Assembly (NCBI GenBank): GCA_038245905.1
Contig: JBBRRY010000002.1
Span: 96,001 to 160,000 of the forward strand
DNA length: 64,000 bases
Source of the DNA: Thermoanaerobaculia bacterium
Lineage (GTDB): Bacteria > Acidobacteriota > Thermoanaerobaculia > UBA5066
Direction: 5' to 3'
Shown: positions 46,861-56,260 of the stretch, piece after piece
Layout of the letters: each line of letters starts with the position of its first letter
How positions within the stretch are numbered: the first letter of the stretch is position 1
Notes under the pieces: model-generated
What the model was told of the DNA's origin: nothing
The model's database searches: none
What the model saw: only the letters and a program-made list of their open reading frames with translations
Position numbers and translations under genes: made by a program

Positions 46861-49359
46861 ATGACCGTTCTCGCGGAGCGGACCCCGCTCCACATTCCCT
46901 CGCTTCACGCGTTCCAGGAAGACGACGTCTTCTACGCCGTCGATGCCGAGGCGCCAAACTGGATCGCCACCGACGCCCGCGGCAAGCAGATCCTGCACGA
47001 GATCCGGAGCGGGGAGGACGCCGGAACGCCGCTCGCGTTCGGCTCTCTCGTGGCGCGCTGGGCCGCCGAGCATCAGCTCGAGGCGGGAAAGGCCTGGGTG
47101 CACGTTCACGATTTCCTGTGTGCTCTCGACCGGGCGGGCCTCCTTGCCGACGCGCCGTTCGTCCGCGCCCCGTATCCCGGCCGCGCCGCGCTCATCAAGC
47201 CGGCCGGACTCCACGAGCTGTGGCTGCAGATCAACAACGCCTGCAACCTCACATGCACGCACTGTCTCGTTTCGTCGGGCCCGGGCGGGGCGCCCGGCAT
47301 CGACGCCGCGGCGCTCGTGCGGCTCGTCGACCGCGCGAAAGAGCTTGGTATGGAACGCCTTTACGTCACCGGGGGCGAGCCCTTCCTCCGGAAGGACATT
47401 TTCGATCTCGCGAAACGCGCCACCGAAACCCACGGTGCCGAGATGATCATCCTCACGAATGCCACAGTTTTTTCGGGTGCCGTGAAGAAGGGACTCGAGA
47501 CGCTGGACCGCACGAAGGTGAAGTTTCAGGTGTCGATCGACGGAGCCCGCCCCGAGACGAACGACTCGATCCGCGGCGCGGGCACGTTCGACCGGGCGCT
47601 CGAAGGCGCGAAGCTCCTTTCCGGACTAGGCTTCGACGTCTCGTTGACGACGGTGACGACCGAAGAGAACCTTTCCGAGCTCGTCGAAATCCCCGCTCTC
47701 GTCAAACGCGTCGGCGCGAAGAGCCAGCACCTCATGTGGAGCCACAGGCGCGGCCGCGCGATCGACAGCGGAAACGGCTTCTTCCCGGGACACCTCGCAC
47801 TCGTCGAGGCCGTCCTCGCCGTCGTGGACGCCGCCCGGCGCGAGGAGACGACGCTCGACAACCTCGAAGCGATCAAACGGCGAGTGAACGGCGTGCCGGG
47901 CGTCAAGTACGATCTCGGAAACGCGGGATGGGACTCGATCTGCGTTTATGCTGACGGAAAAGTCTATCCGACGGCGGCCCTCGCGAACGAGCCCGCGCTC
48001 GTCTGCGGCGACGTGACGCGGCAGGATCTCGGGGACATCCTCGAATCCTCGACTGTCGTTTCGACACTTCGCGCCGCGACTCTGGCCAAGAAGCCTTCCG
48101 TGAGCTCGGACCCGTTCCGCTTCTTCACCGGCGGCGGCGACCTCGAGCACGCGTGGTGCTTCTCCGGCGGGGACTTCCACGGCGCCGATCCGTATTACCC
48201 GATCTCGGTCGCCCTCACGAAGAGCGTCATGACGACGCTCGGGCGCGAGAAGAGTATGCGCCGCAACCTTCGCTCGGGCTACGACGCGCCCCTCGTTCTC
48301 CACGCGATGGGAGAGGGCGCGATCGCCTGCGGCACCGCCGACGGCGCGGCCGCCGAGGAGCCGGTCTTGACGCTCCACTCCAACTGCGTCCTCTCTTTCG
48401 ACGTCGACAAGCCGCGCGCCAGGATGCGGGAGTTCTACGGTGCCGCCGCCGAAACGCCGCAGGCCGAGCTGTGCTGCCCCACGAAGTACGACGACTCGGC
48501 CGTCTCCCACATTCCCAAGGACGTGATCGACCGCTTCTACGGCTGTGGCTCGCCCATGACGACCGCCGGGATCCGCGAAGGCGAAATCGTCGTCGATCTC
48601 GGCTCGGGCGCCGGCATCGACGTCTTCATCGCGGCGAAGTTCGTCGGGAAAGACGGCAAGGCGATCGGCGTCGACATGACCGACCGGATGCTCTCGGTCG
48701 CGCACGAGAACAAGCCCAAGGTGGCCGCCGCGCTCGGCTACGACGTCGTCGAGTTCCGCGAGGGATTTCTCGAAGCGATCCCGGTCGAGTCGAAGACGGT
48801 CGATCTCGTCACCTCGAACTGTGTCGTGAACCTGTCGCCCGACAAGCCCCGCGTCTTCGAGGAGATCTGGCGCGTGCTGAAGGACCACGGGCGCATCGTG
48901 ATCTCGGACATCGTCTCGGAACGGGACGTTCCGCCGCATCTCAAGACGAACCCGCAGCTCTGGGGCGAGTGCCTCGTGGGGGCGCTCACGCAGGAGGGGT
49001 TCCTCGCGGGCCTCGAGCGCGCCGGATTCTACGGCCTCGAGATTCTGAAAAAGAGCTACTGGAAGGACGTCGAGGGATACCCCTTCTTCTCCGTGACCGT
49101 GCGCGGCTTCAAGTTCGAAAAAACGGCCGGCTGCGTCTTCAAGGGCCATCGTGCCGTCTACCTCGGACCGGGCAAGGCCTTTGTCGACGAGGAGGGCCAC
49201 CAGTTTCCGCGCAACGAAGCTTACGAAGTCTGCACCGACACCGTCGCGAAGCTCTCGAGCGCGCCATACAAGGGCTTTTTCGCGATTCTCGAGCCGGGAG
49301 AGGAGCGGGCGGGCTACGCGTGCTGCGCGCCAGGCGCCGATGGCACGGTGTGCTGCTGA
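46861..49359 (+). CDS. Fusion: PqqD/RRE-like domain + radical SAM + arsenite methyltransferase (ArsM/AS3MT-like) + Cys-rich tail
   Basis: SD CAGGAGG then ATG 46861; [29 protein letters not shown]; [44 protein letters not shown]; ends ACC...CC. Confidence 0.8.
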   Translation: MTVLAERTPLHIPSLHAFQEDDVFYAVDAEAPNWIATDARGKQILHEIRSGEDAGTPLAFGSLVARWAAEHQLEAGKAWVHVHDFLCALDRAGLLADAPFVRAPYPGRAALIKPAGLHELWLQINNACNLTCTHCLVSSGPGGAPGIDAAALVRLVDRAKELGMERLYVTGGEPFLRKDIFDLAKRATETHGAEMIILTNATVFSGAVKKGLETLDRTKVKFQVSIDGARPETNDSIRGAGTFDRALEGAKLLSGLGFDVSLTTVTTEENLSELVEIPALVKRVGAKSQHLMWSHRRGRAIDSGNGFFPGHLALVEAVLAVVDAARREETTLDNLEAIKRRVNGVPGVKYDLGNAGWDSICVYADGKVYPTAALANEPALVCGDVTRQDLGDILESSTVVSTLRAATLAKKPSVSSDPFRFFTGGGDLEHAWCFSGGDFHGADPYYPISVALTKSVMTTLGREKSMRRNLRSGYDAPLVLHAMGEGAIACGTADGAAAEEPVLTLHSNCVLSFDVDKPRARMREFYGAAAETPQAELCCPTKYDDSAVSHIPKDVIDRFYGCGSPMTTAGIREGEIVVDLGSGAGIDVFIAAKFVGKDGKAIGVDMTDRMLSVAHENKPKVAAALGYDVVEFREGFLEAIPVESKTVDLVTSNCVVNLSPDKPRVFEEIWRVLKDHGRIVISDIVSERDVPPHLKTNPQLWGECLVGALTQEGFLAGLERAGFYGLEILKKSYWKDVEGYPFFSVTVRGFKFEKTAGCVFKGHRAVYLGPGKAFVDEEGHQFPRNEAYEVCTDTVAKLSSAPYKGFFAILEPGEERAGYACCAPGADGTVCC

Positions 49360-50453
49360 TGGGCGCCGTCCTCATCTTGCTCACGCTCGGCCTCGCGTTC
49401 GCGAACGGCGCGAACGACGTCTCGAAGGGTATCGCCACACTCGTGGGCTCGGGCACGACGAGGTACCGCGCCGCCGTGATGTGGGGATCCGCGTGGACTC
49501 TCGCGGGCGGCCTCGCGGCCTCGTTCGCGTCGCAGGGCCTCGTCGCCACGTTCAGCGGCAAGGGCCTCCTCGTGAACCCGCCCACCGGAAGCGCGTTTCT
49601 GCTCTCCGTCGCGTGCGGAGCGATTGCGTGGCTCCTCTTCGCGAACAGAGCGGGCCTCCCCGTCTCCACGACGCACGCGCTGACGGGCGCTCTCGCAGGA
49701 GCCGGGATCATGGCGGCAGGCGCTTCAGGCGTCGCGTGGCCTGCCGTCGCGAAAAAGGTGGCCCTGCCTCTCGCGCTCTCACCGCTTCTCGCGCTCGCCG
49801 TGATGCTCGTCCTCTCGCCCCTTCTCGCGCCCGTCCTCCGGCGCTTTCATCGTTTCTGTGTGTGCCTCGAGCGGCGCGAGACGGTTCCGGCGGCGTCCGC
49901 CGGGGCGACCGCTTCCATGAGCGTTTCGGGGCTGCCGGGCGTCGGTGTTCTCGCCGGCTCGGCCTGCCCTCCCGACACGCTCGTGCGCGTCAACGCGCTC
50001 GACACGCTCCACTGGGTGTCATCCGGGGCCACGAGCTTCTTTCGCGGGCTGAACGACACGCCGAAAATTCTCGCGCTCGGGTTCGTGGCCGCCACCGTCC
50101 AGGGGGTCGGACTCGGCGGCTCTTACCTGGCCGTCGCCCTCGCGATGGGTCTCGGAAGCGCGCTCGGCGGCTTCCGCGTCACCGAGACACTCGCCACGAA
50201 AGTCACGAAGATGACCCCCGACAAAGGCCTTCTCGCAAACCTCACGACGTCCGTGCTCGTGAGCGCCGCGTCGTTCTGGGCGCTCCCGGTCTCGACCACG
50301 CACGTTTCTTCGGGCGCGATCATGGGGATCGGAGCGGCCTCGAAGGCGGCGGGCCTCCAGTGGAAGACCGTCCGGGAGATGCTCCTCGCGTGGGTCGTGA
50401 CGCTGCCCGTCGCCGCGCTCCTCTCGGCCCTCGTCTTTCGCATGCTCTCCTGA
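49359..50453 (+). CDS. PiT-family inorganic phosphate transporter
   Basis: NGANDV, PVSTTH twice, GLNDTPK; ATG overlaps the upstream stop (TGATG). Confidence 0.85.
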   Translation: MGAVLILLTLGLAFANGANDVSKGIATLVGSGTTRYRAAVMWGSAWTLAGGLAASFASQGLVATFSGKGLLVNPPTGSAFLLSVACGAIAWLLFANRAGLPVSTTHALTGALAGAGIMAAGASGVAWPAVAKKVALPLALSPLLALAVMLVLSPLLAPVLRRFHRFCVCLERRETVPAASAGATASMSVSGLPGVGVLAGSACPPDTLVRVNALDTLHWVSSGATSFFRGLNDTPKILALGFVAATVQGVGLGGSYLAVALAMGLGSALGGFRVTETLATKVTKMTPDKGLLANLTTSVLVSAASFWALPVSTTHVSSGAIMGIGAASKAAGLQWKTVREMLLAWVVTLPVAALLSALVFRMLS

Positions 50454-50504
50454 GGCCGCGTCGATCTCCGGGGCAGATGAGGCGCGCCGTCGTCGTGGGG
50501 CCGT

Positions 50505-51440
50505 TCAGCCCCGAAGCGCGCGGATCTTCTCGAGATGGCTGCCGTCGTGGCCGGCGAGGACCTCGGCAAGCTCTTCGAGCGTCAGCTCCCCCTTCTTCGG
50601 GTGAAGGCCCGGACGCCGCCACGCCGCATGCGGCAGCGCGCGGAGGAGGACGAGCGTGTCCTCGCGGAGCCGGCGGAATTCCTTCGCGACGGCCGTGGGG
50701 TCGGCTTCGGCGTACTTGAGCTGGGTGGCGGCCCGGTCGTTGTCAAGAATCCAGAACGCGGGGCGCTCCGAGAAGGCCATCTTCGAGAAGCGCTCCTGAT
50801 AGACGCGCTCGATGTCGCGGATGTGGGCGGCGTTCTCGATCATCGACCATTTGCCGGACGGCCCGCGCCGCCGGAGCACGTCGTCCGGCGCGCCCTTGAG
50901 CGCGGCGGCAAGGGCCGCGGGGGCGGCCGCGAGGCGATCGAGAAGGGCCGCCTTTCGTTTCACCGCCTCGATCTGGGCGAGGTGCGCCACATCGTTGCCC
51001 AGGGCATGCCTCGCGACCAGCTCGTCGATCGTGAACCGGCCCATCGTCTCGTGGACGCCGGCGCGCCGCCACTGCTCGGGCTTCGCCTTCTTGAGGAGGC
51101 GAAGGCTCTCGCGTCGGAGGCGCATCCAGTCGCGCAGGACGTCGGCGGCCTTCTGGCCGCGGTAGTCGCGCTCGATGGCGAGGGCGTCGCCGTTGACGTC
51201 TGGAAGCTTCGGCTCGGGCTCGGCGAGGATGCGCGTGTACCTCTCGAGATACGCCTCGCGCTCCATGTCGCGCATGTGGCAGAGGATCTCCAGGATCGAC
51301 CACTTGCCCGGCGACGGCGTGAAGAGCAGCAGCTTCTTCGGGACCCCTCGAAGCGCCTCTTTGAGAGCCGCCGGCGTCGCCGCGAGCGTATCGAGGTGGC
51401 GGGCGCGTTCGTTCACGATCGGGGACGTCGTATCAGGCAT
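50505..51440 (-). CDS. Tandem DinB/YfiT-family domain protein
   Basis: Two repeats: GKWSILEILCHMRD / GKWSMIENAAHIRD, G.H...G..T, D..HL..I. Confidence 0.82.
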   Translation of the reverse strand: MPDTTSPIVNERARHLDTLAATPAALKEALRGVPKKLLLFTPSPGKWSILEILCHMRDMEREAYLERYTRILAEPEPKLPDVNGDALAIERDYRGQKAADVLRDWMRLRRESLRLLKKAKPEQWRRAGVHETMGRFTIDELVARHALGNDVAHLAQIEAVKRKAALLDRLAAAPAALAAALKGAPDDVLRRRGPSGKWSMIENAAHIRDIERVYQERFSKMAFSERPAFWILDNDRAATQLKYAEADPTAVAKEFRRLREDTLVLLRALPHAAWRRPGLHPKKGELTLEELAEVLAGHDGSHLEKIRALRG

Positions 51441-52044
51441 GGAAGGCTCCCGTCTTGGCGATTGGCGTCGTGGGCTCTTCCGGCTCCGGGAAGAGCAGCT
51501 CCTGCGGTTTGAGACGAAGGAGAAGAGCGTCGAGAACGAGCGCGCCCCACTCGTCGCGGCGCGCGGGGTCGAGCGCGAGGTACGGGACACCCCACGCCGC
51601 GAGGGTCTGGTCGATGGAACCGTCGATTTCGCGCTGGAACGCGAGATCCGTGTCGCGCACGCCGTCGAAGCGTGGGTCGCCGACGATCGGCACCTTGAAG
51701 AGCGCGTCGTACGTCGTCGTCCAGGTCCTCACGAGGCCCTCGAGCACGGCCTCCGAAGGGGCGCCGGTGAACGCCCGCCGCATGTAACAGAAGTTGTCGA
51801 GGACCGCCCGGTCGCAGAACACGACGTCGGCCTTGGCCTCGGCCTGCAGCTCCCAGGCAATCTGCGTGTGGAGAATCCAGGCCTGCGCCTTGAGGGTCGT
51901 CTCCCGGTTGATCGGCAGCGGACATTCACGCGCGACCTCCCGAACGAGCTCGACGGTCAGGTCCCTCTTCTTGACGGCTGCCGCGAGGTCGTAGCAGAGC
52001 GTGGTTTTTCCGACGCCGTGGGTGCCGATGAACGCGACTTTCAT
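51433..52044 (-). CDS. AAA_28/NadR-type P-loop ATPase or kinase
   Basis: GTHGVGKTTL, EVAR, CDRAVLD, DGVRD. Confidence 0.75.
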   Translation of the reverse strand: MKVAFIGTHGVGKTTLCYDLAAAVKKRDLTVELVREVARECPLPINRETTLKAQAWILHTQIAWELQAEAKADVVFCDRAVLDNFCYMRRAFTGAPSEAVLEGLVRTWTTTYDALFKVPIVGDPRFDGVRDTDLAFQREIDGSIDQTLAAWGVPYLALDPARRDEWGALVLDALLLRLKPQELLFPEPEEPTTPIAKTGAFHA

Positions 52045-52190
52045 CCGGACCGGAGGATATCAGCGGTGTGCGGTGCGTCACGAGGCGGCCCGCCCGGCGC
52101 CCCGAGGCCATCCTCTGGCGCTCCCGATCAACGGAGAAACGTGGACAGGCGGGCCGTCCGGAGCTAGCTTTCCCTCAGAAGGAGAACGCC

Positions 52191-52772
52191 ATGAAAGTTC
52201 GCCGCCCGCTCCTCACTTCGGTTCTCGCCTCCCTGTTGCTCCTGTCCATGGGGCCGATGCCCGCGCCCATCTACATGAACATCCCGGCGGGGGAAATGCT
52301 CAGGCTCGGGACGAGGCTCGAGCTCAAGAATGCCGTCCTGTGCGACGGCAGCGTCCGGCTCGAACCCGGTTCGTACGACCTCCACTTCAAGTCGATGGGA
52401 GACGGCAGCGTTCACGTGACCATCAGCGGCAACGGCAAGACCTGCCATGCGACCGGAAAGGTGCAGGGCCACGACGGGATCATCATTCAGGGCGGACTCC
52501 AGCCGGGCGCCACGAACGCAGTCGTCGTCCAGGGCGGCAAGCAGCCGAGCAAGGCGCCATCCTTCGCGACCATGGGCTTCACGCCGCAGAGCCAGGCGAT
52601 TCCGCAAATCCAGGGAAACCACCTGAACGTGATCGTGAACGGCCAGGGAACGAACCAGATCCTGATCGGGCTTCTGCTCCCGGCGGTCCAGAAGAGCTTC
52701 GGGGACGGCTCGGTTCACCCCGGCGGCGCCAACGTTCCGTCCGAACACAAGGTCCAGCCCGTCGGCAAGTGA
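52191..52772 (+). CDS. Secreted hypothetical protein containing DUF1559/prepilin-like sequence motifs
   Basis: AGGAG SD then ATG 52191; N-terminal hydrophobic segment; [12 protein letters not shown], DGSV three times, HPGGANV. Confidence 0.65.
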   Translation: [193 protein letters not shown]

Positions 52773-52775
52773 CCC

Positions 52776-53936
52776 TCAGCGCGGCGCGGGGAGGCCGACC
52801 TCGGCGAAGAGCCTCTCCGTGTCCTCGCCGAGCCGCGGCGGCGCGACAGGTGCGGGATCCTCGAATTCCTCGAGGAAGAACGGCGGACGAACCGTGGGCA
52901 CGGACCGTCCGTCGCGCGTCGTCTCGAGGATCGACCCGAGCGCCGTCGCCTGGGGCGAATGCAACGCATCGAGCGGGCCCGCGACGGGTCCCGAGGGGAT
53001 GCCCGCGGCCTTGCAGCGTAGGAGCCACGTCGCGCGGGGCTCCTTAGCGAAGAGCGCCGCGAGAATCGGGACGAGCTCCTTGCGGTTGACGACGCGCGCG
53101 GCATTCGTCGAGAAACGCGGGTCCGACGCAAGATCGCTACGGCCGAGTACCTTTCCGGAGAGGACCTCGAATTGCCGGTCGGTTCCCACGGCGAGAAGAA
53201 AGCCTCCGTCCGAGGCTTCGAACGCGCGATATGGCTCGATTGTCGCGTGCGAGTTGCCGTGGCGCGTCGCTTCCCGTCCGGTCACGAGGGCCGAGCCGGC
53301 GACGTTGACGAGCGCCGCGAGCCCCGTCGAGACGAGGTTCGTCTTCACGTGCGATCCCGTTCCGTCGCGCTCGCGCGCCTGAAGCCCCGCGAGAATCGCC
53401 GTCGCCGCGGACCACCCGGCGAGGACGTCGATCAGCGCGACGCCCATCTTGTGCGGCGCTCCGTCCGGCGGCCCCGTGATCCACATGTGCCCGGTCGCAC
53501 CCTGCGCGAGGAGGTCGAACCCGGGATCTCCGCATTCCGGACCGGTGTCGCCCGCTCCCGAAATCGAGCAGACGACTAGGCGCGGATTCAGCTCACGAAG
53601 CGTCTCGACCGACAGGCCTCGCCTCTCGAGAGCGCCCGGAAGAAAATTCTCGACGAGAACGTCCGCCTGCCTGGCCCAGCGCCGCACGAACTCCTGGCCT
53701 TCCGGCGTGCCGAGGTCCACGGCGGCCGACTCCTTCCGGCGGTTCACCGAGAGGAAGTACGCCGATTCGCCCTCCAGCGCCGGCGGCTTCCAGCCGCGCG
53801 AGAAATCGCCGCCCCGCGGGTCCTCGACCTTGACGACGCGCGCCCCGAGGTCCGCGAGGACCATCGTCGCGAGCGGGCCCGCGAGCACGCGTGACAAATC
53901 GAGCACGACGATGCCGTCGAGAGGTGGCTTTCGCAT
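52776..53936 (-). CDS. Family III CoA-transferase (CaiB/BaiF)
   Basis: DLSRVLAGP, LADLGARV.KVE, NRRKES, ENF.PG, PGFD, PPRLGEDT. Confidence 0.9.
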   Translation of the reverse strand: MRKPPLDGIVVLDLSRVLAGPLATMVLADLGARVVKVEDPRGGDFSRGWKPPALEGESAYFLSVNRRKESAAVDLGTPEGQEFVRRWARQADVLVENFLPGALERRGLSVETLRELNPRLVVCSISGAGDTGPECGDPGFDLLAQGATGHMWITGPPDGAPHKMGVALIDVLAGWSAATAILAGLQARERDGTGSHVKTNLVSTGLAALVNVAGSALVTGREATRHGNSHATIEPYRAFEASDGGFLLAVGTDRQFEVLSGKVLGRSDLASDPRFSTNAARVVNRKELVPILAALFAKEPRATWLLRCKAAGIPSGPVAGPLDALHSPQATALGSILETTRDGRSVPTVRPPFFLEEFEDPAPVAPPRLGEDTERLFAEVGLPAPR

Positions 53937-56260
53937 CAGAACAAGGGACGTTTGACGACCAGGATCGTCGTGTCGTCGGACGGGGCCCCCTTGCCCACGT
54001 GCAGGCGCCAGTCCGCGAGGAGCGCCTCGACGATCGAATCGGGCGGGCGCCGCCATAGACTGGTGGATTCGAGGACGACGCGCGGCCGGTCGAAGCCGTA
54101 GGGCGCGTCGAAGCGGTCGGTCCCTTCGAAGAGCCCGTCCGAGGCGATCACGAGAACGCCGCCCTTCGGAATCTCGAACGGCACGTCCTGGTACGTGCGC
54201 TTCGGCCCCTGGCCGAGCGGCAGGCCGGAGCCGGCGATCTCGGAGGCCTTTCCCTCGTGCAAGAGGATCGGGAACGGATGGCCCGCATTCGCGAGAACTC
54301 CGCCTCCCCCCTTCGGATCGAGCTTCAGGAGCGCGAGGGACGTGAACAGGCGGCCGCTCCGGCCCATCCTGAGCACGCGGTCGATCTCGACGAGGATTTC
54401 CGAGGGCCTGCGCCCCGCCTTCACGAGGCTCGCGAGCGCGGCCATGACCATGGCCTGCTGGATCCCGCAGGAGTACCCGTGGCCCGAGACGTCGCCCGCG
54501 GCGATCCAGAGCGCGCCCGATTCGTCCTGCACGAAGTCGTAGAGATCGCCGCCCGCCTCCGTCGCGAGAATCGTCTTCACCGAGAGCTCGAGACCCGGCA
54601 CGACGGGCGGCTTCTCCGGCAGCAGCGAGAGCTGCATGCGAGAGAGGAGGTCCATCTCGTACTTCACGCGGCGCTCGGACTCGAGGCGCCTCACGTAGCC
54701 GGGCGCGGCGAGTCGGCCCTCCTCGTCACGCTCGGGCCGAGCAAGCCCGACCGCACCCGCGGCGGCGATCGCGAGGAGCGGCCCCACCGTGAGAAGCGCC
54801 GAAAAAAGGTTGCCGTCGAGATGCAGGCACGCGACCAGGGCGTCCCTCAGGAGCGCGGATGAGACGGCGGCGACCAGGAGCGCCGCGAGCCCATAGCGGT
54901 CGAACGCCCAGAGGAGCACCGCGGTGAACGCGAGAGACAGCGCGAGCCCCGCTCCCCACGGGTGGAGAGGCATCGAGATCGAGGAATAGAGGGCGAAGAG
55001 GACGGCTGCGGCGACGCTCGCAAACCGGCGCGGCAGGACGAATCGGAAGAGGGCGACGAAGAGCACGAAGAGCGCGGTGTCGAAGGCCCCCTCGAAAAAG
55101 GGCCCCTTGTGCGGCTGGAAGAGCGGATATGGAAACGACGGAGAGGTCGGCCAGACGCTCTTCGACGAGGAGATCGCGGCCGCGCTGAAGGCCAGCAGGG
55201 AGACTCCGACCAGCGCCGCGCCTCCGCCGAGGCCCGCGAGGATCGCCCGGCCGCCGCGCGGGCCGAGGCGCCCCGCGGCGAACGCGTCGAGGCTCGTCGT
55301 GAAGCCCGGCACGGTGTCGCGGAGAAGCGACTCCGCCACTGTCCAGAGCCCGAGCAGGTAGAGCAGCAGGAAGATCCGCGCGCCGATCACGAACACGGCG
55401 AGGCCGCCAAGGATCGCGTCGTCGCCCAGTCCCGCCGCGATCTCGTAGACCGCGGCGAGCAGGACGAGCGCGATTCCGATCGCGAACCCGAGGCGCCTCT
55501 TGTAGAGGAGGACTCCGAAAGACGTCACGACGAACAGGAAGAGGAGCAGCCACGGGGCCAGCTTGTAGAACCGGCGGGCGATCCCTTCGGCGTTGAAGAG
55601 CTTCGGCGCGTCGGGGTCCGAGAGCGCCCGCTTGTCCGAGAAGCTCACGTTTCCGGTTTCCTGCAGAACGAGCACCTCGACGGGCTTTGCGCCCGTCCGT
55701 TCGAGGGGCCGGACCCGGATGATCGTGTTCCCTCCGGAAAACTCGAATTCCTGGCCCGCTCTCCCCTGCCCGGCCGCGAGCGATGCCTCGACGCGATCGA
55801 AGAAGGCACGGCGAAGGAGCTGGGCTTTCGTGTCGGTCGCCTCGAAGAGCGAGCCGGCGGGACTCCACTCCAGCGCCTGCAGGGAGCCGTCCGGAAAGAA
55901 GGCGAAGCGCGCGGGACCGGCGCCCGTCAGCGGCACGTCGAGCCTCCCGGAGACCGTCCAGGCCATCGCACCGCCGGTGGCCTCGAGATATGCCGGCGCC
56001 GCACCGCGGAGACGCCGGTACGCGCGCTCGAACGTCGCTCCCTCGTCGGGCCGCCCGTCGAGATCGATGGAGGTTCGCGAGAGCGTGGCCCCGGCGGCCG
56101 AGGCGATCGCCCGGGCCTTCTCGATCAATCCCAACGGGCGGGGGTTCGGCGCGCGCCACTCCGGAAGCACGCGCAGCGCGGCGAAGAGCCCGGCCGCGAG
56201 GAGGACCGCTCCCACGCCCAGCGCGGCGCGCGGCAAGCGCGGCGTGCCGGGAGCGCTCAA
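53936..56260 (-). CDS. Membrane-anchored PP2C/SpoIIE (RsbU-type) phosphatase
   Basis: C-terminal GGDLYD, GDVSGHG, NAGHP, SDGL, DDTT; large multi-TM N-terminal part; TTG at 56260 overlaps the nadA stop. Confidence 0.8.
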   Translation of the reverse strand: MSAPGTPRLPRAALGVGAVLLAAGLFAALRVLPEWRAPNPRPLGLIEKARAIASAAGATLSRTSIDLDGRPDEGATFERAYRRLRGAAPAYLEATGGAMAWTVSGRLDVPLTGAGPARFAFFPDGSLQALEWSPAGSLFEATDTKAQLLRRAFFDRVEASLAAGQGRAGQEFEFSGGNTIIRVRPLERTGAKPVEVLVLQETGNVSFSDKRALSDPDAPKLFNAEGIARRFYKLAPWLLLFLFVVTSFGVLLYKRRLGFAIGIALVLLAAVYEIAAGLGDDAILGGLAVFVIGARIFLLLYLLGLWTVAESLLRDTVPGFTTSLDAFAAGRLGPRGGRAILAGLGGGAALVGVSLLAFSAAAISSSKSVWPTSPSFPYPLFQPHKGPFFEGAFDTALFVLFVALFRFVLPRRFASVAAAVLFALYSSISMPLHPWGAGLALSLAFTAVLLWAFDRYGLAALLVAAVSSALLRDALVACLHLDGNLFSALLTVGPLLAIAAAGAVGLARPERDEEGRLAAPGYVRRLESERRVKYEMDLLSRMQLSLLPEKPPVVPGLELSVKTILATEAGGDLYDFVQDESGALWIAAGDVSGHGYSCGIQQAMVMAALASLVKAGRRPSEILVEIDRVLRMGRSGRLFTSLALLKLDPKGGGGVLANAGHPFPILLHEGKASEIAGSGLPLGQGPKRTYQDVPFEIPKGGVLVIASDGLFEGTDRFDAPYGFDRPRVVLESTSLWRRPPDSIVEALLADWRLHVGKGAPSDDTTILVVKRPLF

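Noticed and set aside
49351-49400. TGC TGC TGA as possible Cys-Cys-Sec readthrough
   Set aside because: The TGA overlaps the PiT ATG (translational coupling), the in-frame continuation is not protein-like, and no SECIS-like hairpin was recognised.
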